The translations under genes and the position numbers were made by a program. Below the pieces are notes generated by a model, which did no database searches, was not told the origin of the DNA, and was given only the letters and a program-made list of their open reading frames with translations. This document shows positions 17,794 through 29,100 of a stretch of 64,000 bases of DNA, piece by piece (position 1 is the first letter of the stretch; the number at the start of each line of letters is the position of its first letter). The stretch is from a virus, in IMG/VR virus record IMGVR_UViG_3300047557_001530, positions 1 to 64,000 of that record, one strand, 5' to 3'.

Positions 17794-20700
17794 ATGTCAC
17801 AAAAGACAAATCTAAACACGCCTCCATACTTTGACGATTATTCGGATAGTAAAAATTTCTACAAAATTCTTTTTAGACCTGGATATCCTATCCAGACAAG
17901 AGAATTAACAGGATTACAATCTATTCTTCAAAATCAAATTGAAAGTTTTGGCAAATTCCAATTTAAGCAAGGCGATTTGGTAGTGCCTGGCGAAGTTGGA
18001 TTGAATACTCGTTTAGATTTTGTCAAATTATCTTCTATTTCAGAAGTTCCTGTAAATCAAAATGGACAAATTGTATATAAAAAATACGACATCAAAGATT
18101 TAATTGGAACTAATTTAAGAGGAATTACTTCTGGAGTTACTGCTCTAGTAATTGAATCTGATTACGCAACAGATAATCAAGCCGATACTTTATATGTAAA
18201 ATATACAAATAGCGGCAACTCAAGCGACGAGCAAACTTTTAGACAAGGCGAAACTCTAGAAGTAATTGATGGGGTAAATACTCCATTATTGGTTGTTGGA
18301 ACAGATGGTAGTGTTTCTCCAACTTCAATTGAAGTAGTTGACCCAGAAACAAAAACTTCATTCTTTTTAGAAAGCCCAGCAATGGGTTATGCTACTGGCG
18401 TACAAGTACAGGAAGGTATTTATTTTGTAAATGGTTATTTTGTACGCAATGAGGAGCAATTAATCATTGTTGACAAATACTATGATAAACCATCTGCTAA
18501 AGTTGGTTTTAACATTGTAGAAGAAATTGTAACACCAGAACAAGACTCTTCTTTGTATGACAATTCAAGAGGTTATTCTAATTCTGCTGCACCTGGAGCA
18601 CACAGATTTAAAATATCATTGCAACTTAGAAAGTATGCATATGATGCGATTACCGATAAAAATTTCATTCAATTAATAACCATTAAATCTGGCGTAGTAC
18701 AAAAGCTCATTAAACAGGCTGATTATACTTTACTTGAAAATACTCTTGCCAGAAGAACTTATGATGAATCTGGAGATTATGTAGTAAATGATTTCCCCTT
18801 TGATGTAAGAGAATATTATCAAAAAAATGGAAATCTAGGTGTATATTCAAAAGATACCCAAACAAATCTTGTTAATGGTCTAACCGAAGAGGAAGCAAAC
18901 AATAAGTTATCTGCAACTGTTGGTCCAGGTAAAGCTTATGTTAGAGGTTTTGAAATTGTCAATAATGAAACAAAATATCTAACTTTAAATAAAGCAAAGG
19001 ATACAATTACACGAGATAATGTTGTATTAAAAACTAAAGGTGTTTCTGAATTTAAAGTCACAAATCTTTATGGCACAATTCCGTTAAATGATGAGGGTCA
19101 AGATTTAACTTCTTCTCCAACAATTTATTTGAATTCTGTATTCAATGATGGCTCTGTTGGATTTAATGGCACCGAAAACGACCTAAATTCCAAACAAACC
19201 GTAAATAGAAGAGGACAAGGTTTTGAAGTTGGCTATGGTATTAAGACCATATACATTCAAGTTACAAACACACTAACTCCTCTATCAGCATTAAATGATA
19301 ACAATTTTACTAGTTTATTAAATGATCTTTGGTTTGTAAAGACTAGAACTGAAGGAGAACCTTCATTAGTAGACTATGTAACTCCTATAGCTTATTCAAA
19401 AGTAATAAAGAAAGAAATTGACGAAAACGCAGAATTTTTAGAATTAACTGTTTATGGTGCCACAAATCTTTTAGATTTATATTTAAAAGAATATGAAGAT
19501 GAAGCTTCTTCCAAGCTTAGATCTGTTTATTTTTCACAATCTGATGCATTAAATGAAGACAATGCTATTGGAAGAATAATTGATTATAATGAAATTATTA
19601 CACCAGTAATTGGTGTAGCTAAGCCAAAAAATATTTCCTTTATTAAGTACGGCAAAGGATTCAATCAAGATACAGACATTATTCTATCTAAAGGAAAAAC
19701 TGCAGATAGTGATTCTATTTACAATAGTACTTTTGGATTTAATTATTTCAATCCAGTATTTTTTACTAGACTATTATTAGATAGTACAAATTCCCAAAAT
19801 AATTTCATTAATCAAAAGTTTGGTGCTGGTAAGTATATTACTGGTATAAAGAGCGGAGCATATGCCGTTATTGAAGGTTCTTTAACTCAATCATATTCTT
19901 ACGGCAATGTTTTATTCGTAAAAACATTATCAGGAACATTTTTACCTGGCGAAAGTATTATTGATGAAGATGGCAATATTTTAAGAATTGCAAACGAAAA
20001 TACAATTTCTCACTTTATTGTATCAAATAGAGGTTCTGGTTACACTGCACCAAAAATTAATATTGATGGTGTTGAATACGACGAATCTAAAGTACAAATT
20101 TTTGTAGAAGGAAGTTCAGTATATAAAGTAAATGTTGTAGATAGAGACAGTTTACTTACACAATATTCTCAACCTCCTGTAGTTACTATTACTTCAGAAT
20201 CGCAAATAGTTACTCCTTGTTCAGTAACACCTGTATTGTTTAGAAATACCGTATTAACATATGGCCAAGAAAATGTAAAATCTTTCTATACTTCTTACGG
20301 TTCATCAAATTCTAATAAATTTTCTGCTGATATCGAAGCTACAGAAAGCGAATTTTATCTATCAAAAACTGTAACCAATTATAATTTTAGCGGTAGCAGA
20401 GGATTAAAATATATTGAATGTACTGGTTTTGATGGAGATGCGTCAAAAGATCTAATCCAGGGAGATTTGGTTCTATTTACGGATGTCGAAGGTAATCTTT
20501 TTAGAAGTGTAGTTCAATATGCTACACAGCCAAATGGCCCAAGAAAATCTAGAATTTATTTGGATCGTTGTTTAATCAACGATGTCAATAATGCTAGTGT
20601 TATTAGAATCAGACCAAATATTGATAACGTAAATACGTCTAGTTTAATTTTCCCAACTGGCAGTAAACAAATCAGATCTTTAATTAAGAATATTGAAGAT

Positions 20701-23700
20701 TCTAAGTTTAAATATTATGCTAGAAGAGATTTTGTTACCACTGGTTCTTCAAGCGGAGGTTTAATTACTTTTGCTGCTCAACTAGATTTTGGTACTCAAA
20801 GATTTGCTATTCCTACAACAGAAAACTTTATCGTAACCGTATTAGATAAAGGAAGCTCTACTGTAGTAAATAATGGAGATATTTTATACATTGATCCAAG
20901 ATATATTAATTTACAATCTTCTCAAGAATCTACTAGTGGTTTAACCGCTGGTAGTATTACAATTAGTTTACCTAATAATTTCTTTGGAAATATTACTTCA
21001 AATTTCCCCAAATTAAAGCTTTCGGCAACAATTGAAATTACTAAAGCAAAGCCAAGAATTAAAACTGTTGTTAGAAATAAAAGAATTGTTATAGTATCTT
21101 CTGGAGATAAAATTATCCCCTTGCGTGGACAAGATTATGACACTGAAGAAGTAGATATCTTTAGTTATTCTGATGTGTTCAAAATCAGATACATTTACGA
21201 AGGCTCATCAACAAACCCTCCAGTAGTTGATAATGAAGGCATTCTAATTTCTGGTACTGATGTAACAAATAGATTTACTTTTGATGATGGTCAAAGAGAC
21301 ACACTTTATGATGTTTCTCGTATTGTTCTCAAGCCAGGCTTTGATGCTCCTGTAGGACAGTTAGTGGTTGGCTTTGATTACTTTGATCATTCTCAAGGAG
21401 ATTTCTGCACAGTAGATTCTTATCTACATGAAGCTGGTGTTCTTTCCGAAGAAATTCCTTCGTTTAATTCAACTGTTTACGGTAATGTTTCCTTAAAAGA
21501 TGTTATTGATTTTAGACCAAAAGTAGATAGCAATTCAATAATTTCTGGATTCCAAGATAAGTCAATTTTAAGTCAGCAAAATTATATTAATTTTAACGGT
21601 CCTTCTGGAATTTTTGCAAGTACTCCTGCTTCAGATAAAAACTTAGAATTTACTTTCTCATTTACAGAATCTCAATATCTCGATAGAATTGACGGAATTT
21701 TCTTAGACAAGCAAGGAAACTTTATTGTTAAAGAAGGCAATTCTTCTCTATCTCCAGCAAAACCAGAAATTATTGATGATGCAATAGCACTTTACTATAT
21801 TCATATTCCTGCATTTACAACTAGCAATAAAGATGTAAGAGTTATTCCAGTTGATAATCGTAGATATACAATGAGAGATATCGGTAAGCTAGAAAAGCGT
21901 ATCGAGCGTTTGGAATATTACACAACACTAAGCATTCTTGAACAACAAACTTTAAATATGCAGATCAAAGATGAAATTGGTCTTGATAGATTCAAGAGCG
22001 GTTTTATTGTAGATAACTTTGAATCCCATAGAGTTGGTAATATTTCTTCAATTGATTATAAGTGTTCAATTGATACCCAACAGTCTGTTTTAAGACCTCA
22101 AGTAAAAGAAGATAATTTCCGATTAAGAGAACTTTATACACGTTCTGATGAAAGAAATAATGCAGGCTATCAAAAAACAGGAGATGTAATCACACTTCCA
22201 TATTCTAAAGTTAAATTATTGGGAAATGATTTTGCTACAAAAACAATTAATCCAAATAACTTTGTAGTTCTTCAATATGTTGGAGATGTATCATTATCAC
22301 CAACCGTAGATCAATGGTTTGATACCACTGTAGTTCCTTTAATTACTGATAATAATACAAAACTATTTTCTATCTTTTTGAGCAAAGAAGATTCAAGAGA
22401 TGCTTTCTCTAGTTTCTATAATTCATTTATTGTAAATTGGATTGGATCTAACAGAACATTCTTTAATATTGGATCTTTATCGGATATTAACACAGAAGAT
22501 TCTCAATCTACTGTACAACTAGCATCTGTTTCAAGTTCTTCTAATATTAGTCCACAGAATAATGAAACTGCTAAAGGTGTTACTAACAGAAATAATAATG
22601 GCAATTCAGTAATTTCTTCTATTCAATATTTTACTCGTTCCATTCCTGTCAAATTTAATATTACTAGAATGAAACCAAAAACACAAGTTTATGTGTTTAT
22701 GGAAGGTATTAACATTGGAAGATGGGCAAACCCAGATATTAGATATACTGGCATTCCAGGAAATTCATTAACAACCTTTAATTCTCCAATTATTACTGAT
22801 GAGAACGGTAATGCTAGCGGTATTATCTTAGTTCCTTCTGGAAAGGCACCAACAGAAAATGCTTCTTGGACTGGGGATATTAAAACAGTTTCTTATGACG
22901 AGTCTTCTCAAGATGTTTACTTAACAACTGGTATAAAAACGATTCGTTTTACTTCTAGTTCTACAAATGAAGATAAAGATACTGTAGATACATATACAGA
23001 AGCAAAATATTATTCCACTGGTTCACTTCCACAAAATCCATCTAGCATTATTTCAACTCTACCAGCTTATTTTAAGGCAAACGAGGGTGTGCAAATTGTT
23101 GACAACACAACAAGTAACAAAGATAAGCCAAATCCACTAAGCCAAACATTTAAAGTTGAAAATTATGATGGCGGTGTATTTGTTACTGGATTGGATCTTT
23201 TCTTTAATAAAAAGAGTTCAAATATTCCACTCAGAGTATATCTAACAAATGTCGATGTAGGAAAGCCAGGAAAATATATTGTTCCAGGAACAGAAACTGC
23301 ACTTATTCCAGATACCTATCTAAAAGTTTATGCTAGTGCTCCACTAACAATATTTGTTGGAGAGACAGTAAAAGGAAAGACTTCTGGTGCATCTGGTCCT
23401 ATTTCAAAGGTAATTGATAAGAATGGAAATCAAGTACTACCTTCAACTGAAGGTGAAATTTCTCTCTCAAATAATCAAGTTTATTCATTAGTTCTAAGTA
23501 ATCACAATGGTTTGACATTCTTACCAAATGAAGTATTAGATATTCCATCATTGACATTGTTTAATAATACTAATGCACAAAATTTAACATTAACTATTGC
23601 AAAAGATTCTGGAAAATTAGTAGATCTAAAAATTAAAAACGTTGGTTTAAATTATGAAAGTGCTATCATCACAATCGAAAGTCCTCAACTTCCAGGCGGA

Positions 23701-25899
23701 AGTACTGCCACTGGTGTAATTGATGTCTCTAATGGCAAAATTTATAATGCAGATATTGTTCTATCAGGTAATGGTTATACAGAACCTCCTTCAGTTGTCA
23801 TTAGAGGAACTGGAACTGGTGCTAGTGGTGCAGTAATCGAATCGGTAATTGAAATTGATTCGCCTGCAGTTAGAATGGGTATTTCTACCGACCTATCTGG
23901 AGCTACTCCTTCTACTACACCAACTCATTTTAATTTTGAACATCCTGTATACCTACAAAATAATACAGAATATGCATTGTGCATCGAAACTGATTCTACA
24001 GAATATCAACTGTGGGCATCAAGGTTAACTGAGACTGAAGTTTCTACAGGATCTTCTGTAACAACACAGCCACTATTGGGATCTGTATACAAGTCACAAA
24101 ATGTAGATAATTGGACAGAAGATTTATTTGAGGATATTAAATTTACTCTGTATCGTGCAGAGTTTGATATCAGTAGATCTGCAGAATTACTATTGGTAAA
24201 TGAAAATCTTGGTTATGAGAGGATGGAATTAGATCCAATTGAAACTTATTCTTTATCTAATACTAGTGCAACTTCAACATTGTTTAGAAACAACAACTCT
24301 ATTATTAAAGTAAGACATAGAGACCATGGTTTTGAAAATTCTGGAAAGTCTTATGTATTCTTTAAAGGTTTAGAAAATGTTGGTGGATTTACAGCTAATG
24401 CTTTAAATAGCAATCTGTTTAAAGTTTCTAATATTGGTCTTGATTCATACACAATTATTGGTCCTAATAGAGCTGGTTCCAATTCAATTGGTGGTGGCAA
24501 GAATGCTTTAGTAGCTTACAATAGAAAATTTGAAAAACTTTTTGCTCATGTAAATTATATTCAAGCACCAAATACTAAGATTGATACTTTTGTTAAAACT
24601 ACTAATGTAATTCCAGTAGATTCAAATACAACTAATTACATTTCTTACGCTCAAAGTGATTACGAAAAAACTTTCTTAAATGAGGAGCACTTCTTCACAA
24701 ATCAAAAAATGATTTGTTCAAGGATTAATGAGATTATGAACGGCATATCTCATTCATTGGTTTACAAATTTAATCTTTCTTCGGAAAAGTCTTATCTATC
24801 TCCAGTTGTTGATTTAAGAGTATCTTCGATCAAAACTTCAACAAATCGTGTTGAAAATGCTTCTGGTCAAGAAGATAGATTTGGTAAGAGATATCAAATT
24901 ATTAAATTACTACCAATTTATATTCTTGATCTATCCAACTTGGGAACTAATAGTGTTTTAATTAATCAAACAGCTCAAGGATTAGCTTCTGGTGCAAGAG
25001 GAGAAATTATTAAATTTCAAAACAATAAAATCTGGATTAAACTATCAAGTCCAAGTACATTCATTCCTGGAGAGGAATTATTCTTCTCTACTCAATCTCA
25101 AGAAGGTGGCAATTTAGAATCTTTAAATATAACAATTTCTAATAATGGTATTTCGCAATTGACATTTGATTTTGAAATTGGATCTACAATTGTCGCATTT
25201 AATCCAAGCAACACAAATCAAAAGTATGATAATATTATTAGTGGAAAAATTATTAACTGGGATTCTCTATCAAAAGAATTAATTGTAGAGAATGATAAAA
25301 AACCAATTAATGATGATTATACCAGCAAGATTACGATTGGTAGTGTATTTGCCAGAAATGCAACTATTACTAGCCAAGTCCCTGATATCTTTAGAGTTGG
25401 TGATATAATTTATTATGATGATATTCCTACAGGTCAAGAAAAATTTGTGGAGATTGGAACAATGTCATTTACAAATGGCGTTGATTATTCTCCAGAAAAT
25501 TCTTCTAAGAATAGTTCTGCTATTGCAAAATATACTACAAAAGAAGTTACTATTAATTCTCCAGGAACTTCTATTGATGTTAGATTAACAGCAAATCTAA
25601 AGGATATACAGAACGTTAAAGTATTGTATAGATACAAAGAAGTTTCATCTCAAGTAAACTTTGATGATATCGAATGGAAATATTTTAACGAAAATGGAAA
25701 TCCAGATATAGATGTATTAGCAAATTATAGTAATACTGTTTCTGCTCAATTTGAATCACAAGCATCTTACCAGGAATTAAAATATAGTGTTTCAAATTTA
25801 CCAGAATTTACATCATTTGCCGTTAAATTAGTTATGCAAACTACTGATCCAGTTTATGTTCCTAAGATTCAGGATATTAGAGCAGTTGCATCTTACTAA
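17794..25899 (+). CDS. VrlC/DUF4815-like giant baseplate or tail structural protein (2701 aa)
   Basis: PYFDDY, LFRPG..IQ.RELT.LQ, APGAHRF, ARRTYDESGDY, YTMRDIGKLE.RI..LEYYT motifs. Confidence 0.85.
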   Translation: MSQKTNLNTPPYFDDYSDSKNFYKILFRPGYPIQTRELTGLQSILQNQIESFGKFQFKQGDLVVPGEVGLNTRLDFVKLSSISEVPVNQNGQIVYKKYDIKDLIGTNLRGITSGVTALVIESDYATDNQADTLYVKYTNSGNSSDEQTFRQGETLEVIDGVNTPLLVVGTDGSVSPTSIEVVDPETKTSFFLESPAMGYATGVQVQEGIYFVNGYFVRNEEQLIIVDKYYDKPSAKVGFNIVEEIVTPEQDSSLYDNSRGYSNSAAPGAHRFKISLQLRKYAYDAITDKNFIQLITIKSGVVQKLIKQADYTLLENTLARRTYDESGDYVVNDFPFDVREYYQKNGNLGVYSKDTQTNLVNGLTEEEANNKLSATVGPGKAYVRGFEIVNNETKYLTLNKAKDTITRDNVVLKTKGVSEFKVTNLYGTIPLNDEGQDLTSSPTIYLNSVFNDGSVGFNGTENDLNSKQTVNRRGQGFEVGYGIKTIYIQVTNTLTPLSALNDNNFTSLLNDLWFVKTRTEGEPSLVDYVTPIAYSKVIKKEIDENAEFLELTVYGATNLLDLYLKEYEDEASSKLRSVYFSQSDALNEDNAIGRIIDYNEIITPVIGVAKPKNISFIKYGKGFNQDTDIILSKGKTADSDSIYNSTFGFNYFNPVFFTRLLLDSTNSQNNFINQKFGAGKYITGIKSGAYAVIEGSLTQSYSYGNVLFVKTLSGTFLPGESIIDEDGNILRIANENTISHFIVSNRGSGYTAPKINIDGVEYDESKVQIFVEGSSVYKVNVVDRDSLLTQYSQPPVVTITSESQIVTPCSVTPVLFRNTVLTYGQENVKSFYTSYGSSNSNKFSADIEATESEFYLSKTVTNYNFSGSRGLKYIECTGFDGDASKDLIQGDLVLFTDVEGNLFRSVVQYATQPNGPRKSRIYLDRCLINDVNNASVIRIRPNIDNVNTSSLIFPTGSKQIRSLIKNIEDSKFKYYARRDFVTTGSSSGGLITFAAQLDFGTQRFAIPTTENFIVTVLDKGSSTVVNNGDILYIDPRYINLQSSQESTSGLTAGSITISLPNNFFGNITSNFPKLKLSATIEITKAKPRIKTVVRNKRIVIVSSGDKIIPLRGQDYDTEEVDIFSYSDVFKIRYIYEGSSTNPPVVDNEGILISGTDVTNRFTFDDGQRDTLYDVSRIVLKPGFDAPVGQLVVGFDYFDHSQGDFCTVDSYLHEAGVLSEEIPSFNSTVYGNVSLKDVIDFRPKVDSNSIISGFQDKSILSQQNYINFNGPSGIFASTPASDKNLEFTFSFTESQYLDRIDGIFLDKQGNFIVKEGNSSLSPAKPEIIDDAIALYYIHIPAFTTSNKDVRVIPVDNRRYTMRDIGKLEKRIERLEYYTTLSILEQQTLNMQIKDEIGLDRFKSGFIVDNFESHRVGNISSIDYKCSIDTQQSVLRPQVKEDNFRLRELYTRSDERNNAGYQKTGDVITLPYSKVKLLGNDFATKTINPNNFVVLQYVGDVSLSPTVDQWFDTTVVPLITDNNTKLFSIFLSKEDSRDAFSSFYNSFIVNWIGSNRTFFNIGSLSDINTEDSQSTVQLASVSSSSNISPQNNETAKGVTNRNNNGNSVISSIQYFTRSIPVKFNITRMKPKTQVYVFMEGINIGRWANPDIRYTGIPGNSLTTFNSPIITDENGNASGIILVPSGKAPTENASWTGDIKTVSYDESSQDVYLTTGIKTIRFTSSSTNEDKDTVDTYTEAKYYSTGSLPQNPSSIISTLPAYFKANEGVQIVDNTTSNKDKPNPLSQTFKVENYDGGVFVTGLDLFFNKKSSNIPLRVYLTNVDVGKPGKYIVPGTETALIPDTYLKVYASAPLTIFVGETVKGKTSGASGPISKVIDKNGNQVLPSTEGEISLSNNQVYSLVLSNHNGLTFLPNEVLDIPSLTLFNNTNAQNLTLTIAKDSGKLVDLKIKNVGLNYESAIITIESPQLPGGSTATGVIDVSNGKIYNADIVLSGNGYTEPPSVVIRGTGTGASGAVIESVIEIDSPAVRMGISTDLSGATPSTTPTHFNFEHPVYLQNNTEYALCIETDSTEYQLWASRLTETEVSTGSSVTTQPLLGSVYKSQNVDNWTEDLFEDIKFTLYRAEFDISRSAELLLVNENLGYERMELDPIETYSLSNTSATSTLFRNNNSIIKVRHRDHGFENSGKSYVFFKGLENVGGFTANALNSNLFKVSNIGLDSYTIIGPNRAGSNSIGGGKNALVAYNRKFEKLFAHVNYIQAPNTKIDTFVKTTNVIPVDSNTTNYISYAQSDYEKTFLNEEHFFTNQKMICSRINEIMNGISHSLVYKFNLSSEKSYLSPVVDLRVSSIKTSTNRVENASGQEDRFGKRYQIIKLLPIYILDLSNLGTNSVLINQTAQGLASGARGEIIKFQNNKIWIKLSSPSTFIPGEELFFSTQSQEGGNLESLNITISNNGISQLTFDFEIGSTIVAFNPSNTNQKYDNIISGKIINWDSLSKELIVENDKKPINDDYTSKITIGSVFARNATITSQVPDIFRVGDIIYYDDIPTGQEKFVEIGTMSFTNGVDYSPENSSKNSSAIAKYTTKEVTINSPGTSIDVRLTANLKDIQNVKVLYRYKEVSSQVNFDDIEWKYFNENGNPDIDVLANYSNTVSAQFESQASYQELKYSVSNLPEFTSFAVKLVMQTTDPVYVPKIQDIRAVASY

Positions 25900-25902
25900 A
25901 AT

Positions 25903-26109
25903 ATGAACAATTACATTAAAGTTGAAGGTCATGAAAATTTATATCGAGATCCTTCCACTGGTGCCATAGTTAATACAGGTGTTCCAGCCAAGAATACATT
26001 ATCAAAAACTGTTAACACTGTAGTTGATGACATAAATAATTTGAAGAATGAAATTTCTGAAATCAAATCTCTTCTAAAAAATATCGTAGAAAATGGCATT
26101 AAATCGTAG
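25903..26109 (+). CDS. Small structural protein (68 aa)
   Basis: KVEGH.NL.RD..TGAI.N plus a coiled coil; typically follows the VrlC-like gene. Confidence 0.75.
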   Translation: MNNYIKVEGHENLYRDPSTGAIVNTGVPAKNTLSKTVNTVVDDINNLKNEISEIKSLLKNIVENGIKS

Positions 26110-29100
26110 AGAAGTACTAAAAACGAATACGTTTGAAGAGCAAAGGCTTGAGATAAATCGATTAGCTCAAGACGTTTACGATGTCTTTACGGGAGAAGAG
26201 GGTGTAGAAGCTATTCAGATCGATGGTCCTATTATTGATGGGACAGATAAAACAGGAACTCAAGGTCAAGTATTATTATCAACTGGATCTGGTGTTCTAT
26301 GGAAAACATTATCAATCTCTAATGTTCTTTGGGTAACTAAAGATGGTGATGATGACAATGATGGTTTAAGTCAAGAAACAGCAAAGGCATCTATTGGATC
26401 AGCTCTTAGAGCCGCTAATTCTGGATTTCTAGGAAAACTTCAAGACGCATCAAATCAAATTTTAGCTAACAAAAAATTAATCCAACAAGAATCTATTGGC
26501 TGGCTGCTCACAGAATATCTTAAAGAAGGAAATGGAGATAAACAAATTGATGCAGCTAATTTAATAACTGCAAACAAAGATTTTATTGCTAATGAAGCTG
26601 TCGAAAGAATGCTCGGAGAGTATTCTGAATTTACAATTCCTGGAGGAAATCAGCAGTGTGTTAGTGATGTAATCAAAGTATTAGATGCTGTAATTTTTAA
26701 TTTGAGATATGACGGCAATAATAAAGTATATGAAGCAGCAAATGTATATGTAACAAATCCATCTTTATTGGCTGGAGAAAGAGAACAGTCAGTAGCTGTT
26801 TATGAATATGCAAGAGATCTAACAATTTCTGTAATGAGAAATCAACCAATCACTGTGCAAGGGTCTCATGGATATACACAATTTATTGACAACACTATCA
26901 TCGGTGATGCTTCAAATCAACCAGGAATTTATAATTTTTTAACAGATTGTGCCGATATAGCAAGTTCTATTACTTCGCTATATGCAATAATTTTACAAGC
27001 TATTGGAACAGAAGCATCTCCAGGAGATCTTGATGGAATTACAAAAACATATCCAAATAGATTTACATTTCCAAATAGTCCACCAGAATCTGGAAGATAT
27101 AAGGATGCAAGAAATTTAATTTATAGAAACATTGATGAAATTGCTGATAGAGCACTTGCAGAAATTGCAATTCAGTATGACGAATCTACCTGGGGAACTG
27201 ATTGGACTTTCCCGAGTGCTTCTCTTTCTGCAGAAACACAGCGTTATAAAGATGCTTATAGATTAATACAAAATAATAGAGCTTATATTATAGAAGAAGC
27301 ATTTAACTTTTTATTAGTAAATTATCCTTCATTTGTAAATCCTGATAGTGATAAATGCAGAAGAGATCTTGGTTATTTTATTGATGCAGTATCATTAGAT
27401 TTATTCTTGGGAAGCAACAAATATTCAAGAAAATTTGCTTCTTTCTATTATAGTGGTGCTAATGTTCAATATTTGGAAGATGAAGTTACTGAATCTGTAG
27501 CAGCTTTTGAAGCTGCAAAAGATTTAATGATTGACGCAATGAAAAATCTTTTACCATATCAAGATTTGAGCATTACTGTAGATAATGACCCAGATGGAGT
27601 TTGTTTAAACGTAGAGCAATCAATCAATACTTTATTTACTATTATTTCTGATGTGCTATTAAATGGTATAGATGAATTACAAGCATATCCAGAAACACCA
27701 AGCAATTTATTTGTAAACGAATCAAAATGTCGTAGAGATATAGAATATGTTGCCCGTAGCATTGCAGATGATTTATATAACGGAGGCAACATAAACACAA
27801 TTAGAGCAGCAAGAAAATATTTTGATATTGATGGAGAATTTATTTTAATTGATGGTGAAGGTGTTCAATCACTCATAGCTTTCCAAAAAGCTGGTGAAAT
27901 GATTAACAAAGCTTTAACCAACCAGCTTTATGAAAAGAATTTAACTTTACCAGAAGCAGCAGCAGAATATGGTGGAGAAGGTGAAGTTATTCCATATGGG
28001 GTTTCTGGAAATGAAAATACATGTATAGATGTACAAAATACCGTCAATACATTAATTCAAATTTTAACTACAGTTATAGAAGACGAAACTTTAATATCAC
28101 TAACTGGCATAGAAGAGAACGAAGGTATTTGGGCAGAATATGAAAATATTTGCTTGAGAGATATTGGGTATATTATTGATGCTGTCGCATCTGATTTAAA
28201 ACAAGGCGGAAATGTAAACTGTGTAGATGCTGGTAATGCATACTATAAAGGTAATGAACTAGTCTTTATTGATGGAGAAGAAAGACAGTCATTAGCTACT
28301 TTTGAAAAAGCTAAAGAATTGATGATTTTAGCTATGCGTAATTGGAGTCTTAATATAGATGGAGATACATATCGTCCAAAATATACCTTTATAGAACCAT
28401 ACATTGACTCATCGTTAATTATTGATACAGAGTTAAATGAAGAAAATCAATCTGTATTAGTATATCCGCCATGCAGTGATGTAGCTTCCTCAATTGAAAA
28501 CTATTTTAATATTATTGAATATATTATTAAAAATGGAGAAAACTCTGTAGCACAACAACTACCTTCATTTAAGACTACAGTATTTGTTAAGTCAGGGGTT
28601 TATGTAGAGCAAAACCCAATGACATTACCACCAAATACAGGTATTGTTGGCGACAACTTAAGAGAGGTTAGTATTTTGCCAGCTATTCCTACCGTTGATA
28701 TGTTCTATATGAACAATGGTAGTTATATTACTGGGGCTACATTTTCTGGACATTTGGCTCCATCTGCAATTGGATCATTCCCCAAAGTATTAATTGGTAG
28801 CCCAGTAAACTTACCTTCTTGCTCTGGAATATCAAATTCATATACTATTACAGTTCCAGGTACAAATAACCTTGTTCTTGGAATGACTGTTAGTGGAGAT
28901 GGTATTGGTACGGGAGCTGTAATTACTAAAATTAGAGGTTCGCAAGTAACGTTAAGTGTTGCAAATAGAGAATCATTTACAAATAGAACTATTAAATTTG
29001 AAAACTATGTTGGTCTTACTGGAGTTATTACTCGTTCTCCATATATTCAAAACTGCACCAGTTTAACAACTACTGGTGCAGGTCTTCGTGTTGATGGTAA

